Shown here one piece after another: positions 59,213 through 64,000 of a stretch of DNA of 64,000 nucleotides. Both the position numbers and the translations under genes were made by a program. This DNA comes from the human T2T-CHM13v2.0 reference genome, Homo sapiens, in NCBI RefSeq assembly GCF_009914755.1, contig NC_060934.1, one strand, 5' to 3'. Positions within the stretch are counted from its first letter, which is position 1, and each line of letters starts with the position of its first letter. The notes beneath the pieces are model-generated. The model ran no database searches. It was not told where the DNA came from and was given only the letters and a program-made list of their open reading frames with translations.

Positions 59213-60168
59213 CTGCACAAACATATACACTACTCAGTCCCCAAGTCCTGAGCCGGGGGCTGATGCTCACACTGAGGCTGGCCTCTCTGGCAGGCTCAGA
59301 AATATTTGCACATACTGTGTTGCTTTCAGTTAAGCACATATAGGTAGTTATATTGAAGCTATTAAGGAAAACTTGTGGGCAAAGGTGATGACACATTTTA
59401 AAAGTGTCAGTGTATAAGCTCAGAGCTGGGATGGGGGTTAGGGACTCCACCTTAACATTTCTAAAGGACCTTCTCCTTACCCGCCCCCTGCCCCATGGGG
59501 CAAGTCCTGAGCCCACTGATTCTGAGGACTCAGTGAGGACCCCCACAGAGGTCCTTCAGGAAGGGAGCCAACAGCTCACACCTACATCTGTGCACACTGC
59601 ACAAATGTGCACGGCAGAGGTGCCCAGAGACAGAGGCTCCAACCCACCACTCCTGACACAGACCTCAGACAGTGCTCCTTTATAAGCACACTTAAATACG
59701 GTAAATGCCTCTAACTTCACATTCAGAGGATATTTACTCACTCATCTCTGAGTTTTCAAGGGCTTTCGCCGACAGGTTTTCCTTAATGGACAAATTGAGA
59801 CAAGTGCAGGCTGCTGCCCAAATCTCATCTTCTCAAGTCATAGAAGGGACCCGAAGGGTCTTGTCCCCTGCACCCAACCTCCCTTCCTGTACCTGAAGAT
59901 AGATGCCAGACAATCGTTATGAGGGAGGAAGTGAAAGAGAAGCAGGATGGATCTTCACTGTGGGACAGAGGGCAGGCCAGGAGGGGAGAGGCCAGAGCTG
60001 AGCCAGCCCCCTCAGCATCCCCTAGCTGCCTCAGACATGATGCTCACCTGCTTGGACACCATTGCTCAGTGAGACCAAGGGGTCTCTTCATGAGGCTCTT
60101 CATTAACTTAACTGAACTGAATAAATGTTTTCTTAAGAACTTACTACACATACAAGTCCACAATTCCG

Positions 60169-60469
60169 TTTTTTTTTTTTTTTTTTTTTTTGAGACAGGG
60201 TCTTGTTCTGTCACCCAGGCTGGAGTGCAGTGGGGAGATCACAGCTTACTGGAGGCTTCAAACTCCTGGACTCAAGTGATCCTCCCCACTAAGTAGCTCC
60301 TGAGTAGCTGGGACTACAGGCATGCACCACCACACCTGGCTAATTTTTTGTCCAGATGAGATTTTGCCATGTTGCCCAGGCTGGCCTTGAACTCCTGGAC
60401 TCAATCCATCCACCTGCCTTGGTCTCCCAAAGTGCTGGGATTACAGGAATGAGCCACGGTGCCTGGCCT
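60169..60469 (-). mobile_element. AluJ
   Basis: Alu motifs with T-tail. Confidence 0.88.
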
Positions 60470-62898
60470 ATAATTCCTAATGGATTTATAGGGCATACTC
60501 TGTAAGTACAGGCTGGACCTGCTGCCCTCAGTCTGTACTTTCTTAGTTTATGAGATAGAGCACAGATAAGCACACATTGAAATAATAATCCATTACCAAG
60601 GATTATCGAGGACTTGGTACATGTAAAGCACATGAAGGCACTGTGTTAGGGGCCGAGGAAGAGGTGAAGAAGCAGACATAGGCCTCTGCCCTCTCAGAAT
60701 TTATAACAGGGAAGATACATGCACCCTCCATATCATCTCATCCAAACACAGACAAGAAAAAGAAAAGGCCTCAAAAAGTATTGAAATAGAGTTCAGGAAG
60801 TTCCTTCCCATGTATGTCACTGGAGAGAGGCTCCCAGGCTTCTACTCAGAGCCCACTGACTCTTTTCCTAAACCCTCAAGGATGGGAGCAACAGCAAAGA
60901 GTGGGTGGTGTGGATTGTACCTGGAAGCCTTCCCCAGCACCCTGGGAAGCAATGCCCCCTCCATGACAGCTGTCTTCCACGGTACCTGAACTGGGTCTGA
61001 TTTTTTGAAACATTTTGGAAAAGAGATTGCGTTTGGAATGTTTACATTTCATGTGACAACATGAAAACAATAAACTGAAATGTCACCTGAATGTGTAGTA
61101 GGAGTCTCCCTGTGTTTAAGTAACTGGTGTATCAAATTGAATACTTAAGACTGACACTGTTAAAGTACCCTTGACTGCAATAGAATTTGATGGAAGATCT
61201 CAGGGAAGTGGAACAAAATCTTGTATGAAAAATAAGGAAGTAGAAAGAAGGTCTAAGTCTGAATTTCATCCCAGGGGTTTTCCCTTTTCTGAAATGTTAA
61301 GGGCTCCTTTGGCCACTATATTATCTTTGTCAGACCTTCCTCCTGGCTTTTCTACTATGCTTCCTTTTCTTGCATATCTCAGAATAGTCTGCCAAAACCT
61401 TCCTTTTCCTTTCCTTCCCTATAAATAACTTCTGACAATCAGAGGACAGCATGATTGTCATGGTGGAACACTGTCATGGAGGACACTGGTGGAAAGCCTA
61501 TGGTCTTGCCTCAGGAAGACAGAGTTCTAGGGAAGGATGGAGCATGACTCTTCATGGGTCACTGGCCCATGAAACAATATTGTTCCCTGATAATATCTGC
61601 CAGAATGGTCATGGATCAAGGCAGGTTGAACAAGGGATTCTGAATAATAACAATAATAATAACAAAGCACTTAGCATTTTATGAGTGCAAGTCATCTATA
61701 TTGAGTCACTTAATTCTCATGGTATCTACTCATGATACCCCTAGGCATAGGTGCCATTTTTTCAGAGGAAGAAACTAAGAAACAGAGATGACTTCACTTG
61801 TTCAAAGTCCGGCACCTAGCAAATGTCAGAGCCAGGACCTAAACCTCTGGCTTTGGAGTCGGCTAAATCCATTCTACTGGCTTCTCAAGCACAGCGGGGA
61901 CGGCAGGGGCTGTCACTGCACCAGATTTACTATATCACCCTCGGCAGGCACCTTATTGGCTATCAAAGGACCAAGAGCAATATTGACCAGAGGAAACTGA
62001 TGTGGTGTGGTGCTTTGACAGAAACACCAACTAGGCACCTGATGGACACTTTTGTGATGCCCACTGGGGGACTATCTGAAGCCTTTAAAGGGGAATGGAT
62101 GGTTATTCAAAGACACAGGCTAGTAGTCTGATCATTTCTTTTGTAAAAATAATCTCTGAAGGTTCCACTGTTTGCACACTCGGAAACCCACTCGGACTGT
62201 TTAGGCTTGTCCCTTCAAAATTATTTCACTTCTTCCCCCTTCCTGTAGGTACTCCCACCTGTATGTGATAATCACATAACCAGGACATTATTTTCTTGTT
62301 TAGATTTGCTTTCTTCATCTGATGACCCTAGTATTAAAATACAGCTATACCAGGTTAATAGCAAACTTATGAGTAATAAATCCAGCTGGCTAAAGCCCTG
62401 TTGGTGATTCTTTAAATATTTAATACAACCAGTGTTTGAGGACTCATTCACCCTCTCAACCAACTGACCCCTCCACAGTCTCGGCACCTCCCCTGAGCCA
62501 GATCCTGGGGTAGGCCCTGGAAACAGCTGTGAGCAAATAAAGACAGAAATCTCAGGGCATGTGCAGGGCACTAGAGGGATCTGTCCCAGCTTGGGGCCAG
62601 GTAAAGCCTCCTGAGCAATGACATTGAAGGCAAGGTCTCCAAGGAGCTTGCAATGTACTTAGGAAGCGATTAGACTGAGACACAAAGTAATTAGGGAATA
62701 AGTACGGGCTAAGTGTAAGGGGGAAGAGACTTCCTGCAAAGGAGAGCTCTCTGAGGGCTACAGAAACCAGAGGAGTCTTCCTGGAGGTGGAGGCCTCAAG
62801 CTGGGCCTTGAAGGATGAGTAGGATTAGGTGTCCTAAAAGTGAGAACACAAAGACCAAGAAGCAAGACCCGTGACATACAGGCTGATTGGAGTACTGG

Positions 62899-62966
62899 GT
62901 GTGTTTTAGGAAGAGGAGGTGCTTGTAAGGCAGTGTGTTTTAGGAAGAGGAGGTCCTTGTAAGGCA
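62899..62966 (+). repeat. 2 x 34-bp tandem duplication
   Basis: gtgtgttttaggaagaggaggtScttgtaaggca twice, with 1 mismatch. Confidence 0.9.
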
Positions 62967-63427
62967 AGTAGAGCTTTGTAAGAGGTAAACACCAGATATT
63001 AGTAATCTATTTCTCTAAAGGAGGGTTGAGGTCTTCATTTATTTATTTGTTAAAGGTTTTCTATTCCAGTAACAACAGCCCTCATCCTGAGTTATCGGGA
63101 GTTAGGAGTCTCCATTTCTGCTGGGGCCTAAGCAACCTGGTCACGATGTTTTAGATTGGCATGTTTGACCTTTGTCTCTCCAGAGGGTAAGATGAGCTGG
63201 CTAAGATGGCTCTGAGCTCCACTCCCCACTTATAAAGCGCTTGTGGGTTCTGAGGAGAGGTTAAGTAAAACCAGAACTTGTGAAGAAAGTGAATAATTTC
63301 ACAAGAAATGAGTCCAGGAAAAGATTTTTAAAATACTCGACTGTTCTTTCATTTTCTATGAAGGAGCCTGTCTCTGGAAGCAGAGCTCAGCCTCTCAATG
63401 ACTTGTGTTCAGCTCTGTGAGAGAAGA

Positions 63428-63478
63428 GAGTGTGTGTGTATGAATGTGTGTGTGTGTGTGCACACGCGCATATGTGTG
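63428..63478. repeat. Interrupted (TG)n microsatellite
   Basis: Alternating purine-pyrimidine tract. Confidence 0.85.
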
Positions 63479-64000
63479 CCTAGGGGAGAGGGACAAGGGG
63501 AGAGAGGGAGAGGAAATGCCTGTGAGAATGCTGGAGAGCAGGCTCCTACACCTCTCTGTGCTGTTAATGGGGGTCATGGGCACCCCTCAGTGTCTTGGGC
63601 TCAGCCTTGGGGGTTGCCAAAACCTATAGGAGCAACCAGGAACATTCATGGTTTGGGGGTAGGGGTGACATGGCAAAGACTAGCTTTGTGGTGAGATGAA
63701 ACTGGTAACATCTGGAGGAGTTCAGCGGCTCAGTCCTTGTCGCTGAGGAGAGAGCCAAGAGGCAGGGGTATGGCTGCTGGACAAGAAGGTGCAAGGTGGC
63801 TGAGTAAAGAAAGCCCAGACTAGGGTGGTCACAGCTAAAATGGAACAGCAAATTCAGGAGAAAAAAAAGCAGGATTTGGAGCATGTGGCCTGGAGGCTCT
63901 ACGCATTGAGAAACAGGGGTGCCCGCAGGGGAGGGAGGAGTGAGTTTAGAGTCCTGTGTGGGAGCATCAAGGTGTTCAGAAGGGAAGTCAGGTTGGGGTT

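Noticed and set aside
59139-59546. 135-aa - strand ORF as a standalone gene
   Set aside because: Only the last 70 nt are BLNK exon 9; the rest is open intronic frame.
59213-64000. BLNK exon 8 (APMVNRSTKPNSSTPASPPGTAS)
   Set aside because: Not found in this interval; presumably beyond the window end.

Overview
Human (primate) genomic DNA, recognised as the ZNF518A-BLNK locus (chr10q24). On the + strand, the entire 1483-aa ZNF518A CDS lies in one terminal exon (5630-10081), followed by a long AU-rich 3'UTR. On the - strand, and convergent with it, are the last nine coding exons of BLNK/SLP-65 (59212 to 41284). I mapped these by translation; all have GT-AG boundaries and continuous frame, and they encode the proline-rich region and SH2 domain. 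Between the genes is a repeat-rich block: about 13 kb of old L1M, a near full-length dead L1PA with an open ORF0-like frame, an NPM1 processed pseudogene inside an MLT1 LTR, a 5'-truncated RPS28 retrocopy, THE1 and MLT2 LTRs, DNA-transposon relics and about 20 Alus. There is no CRISPR or prokaryotic system. The main leads are: (1) a histone H3K9 mimic (QTARKS) and other silencing-complex docking motifs in ZNF518A; (2) an exact 48-bp direct repeat carrying a perfect ERE palindrome on both sides of BLNK exon 16; (3) an Alu whose target-site duplication copied the BLNK exon 15 splice donor; (4) an AG|GTGAGT recursive-type site at the start of the ZNF518A coding exon; (5) + strand promoters (THE1 LTR, L1 antisense promoter) pointing antisense into BLNK. 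Repeat subfamily names, repeat boundaries and exon numbers come from recognition and recall, not from alignment.
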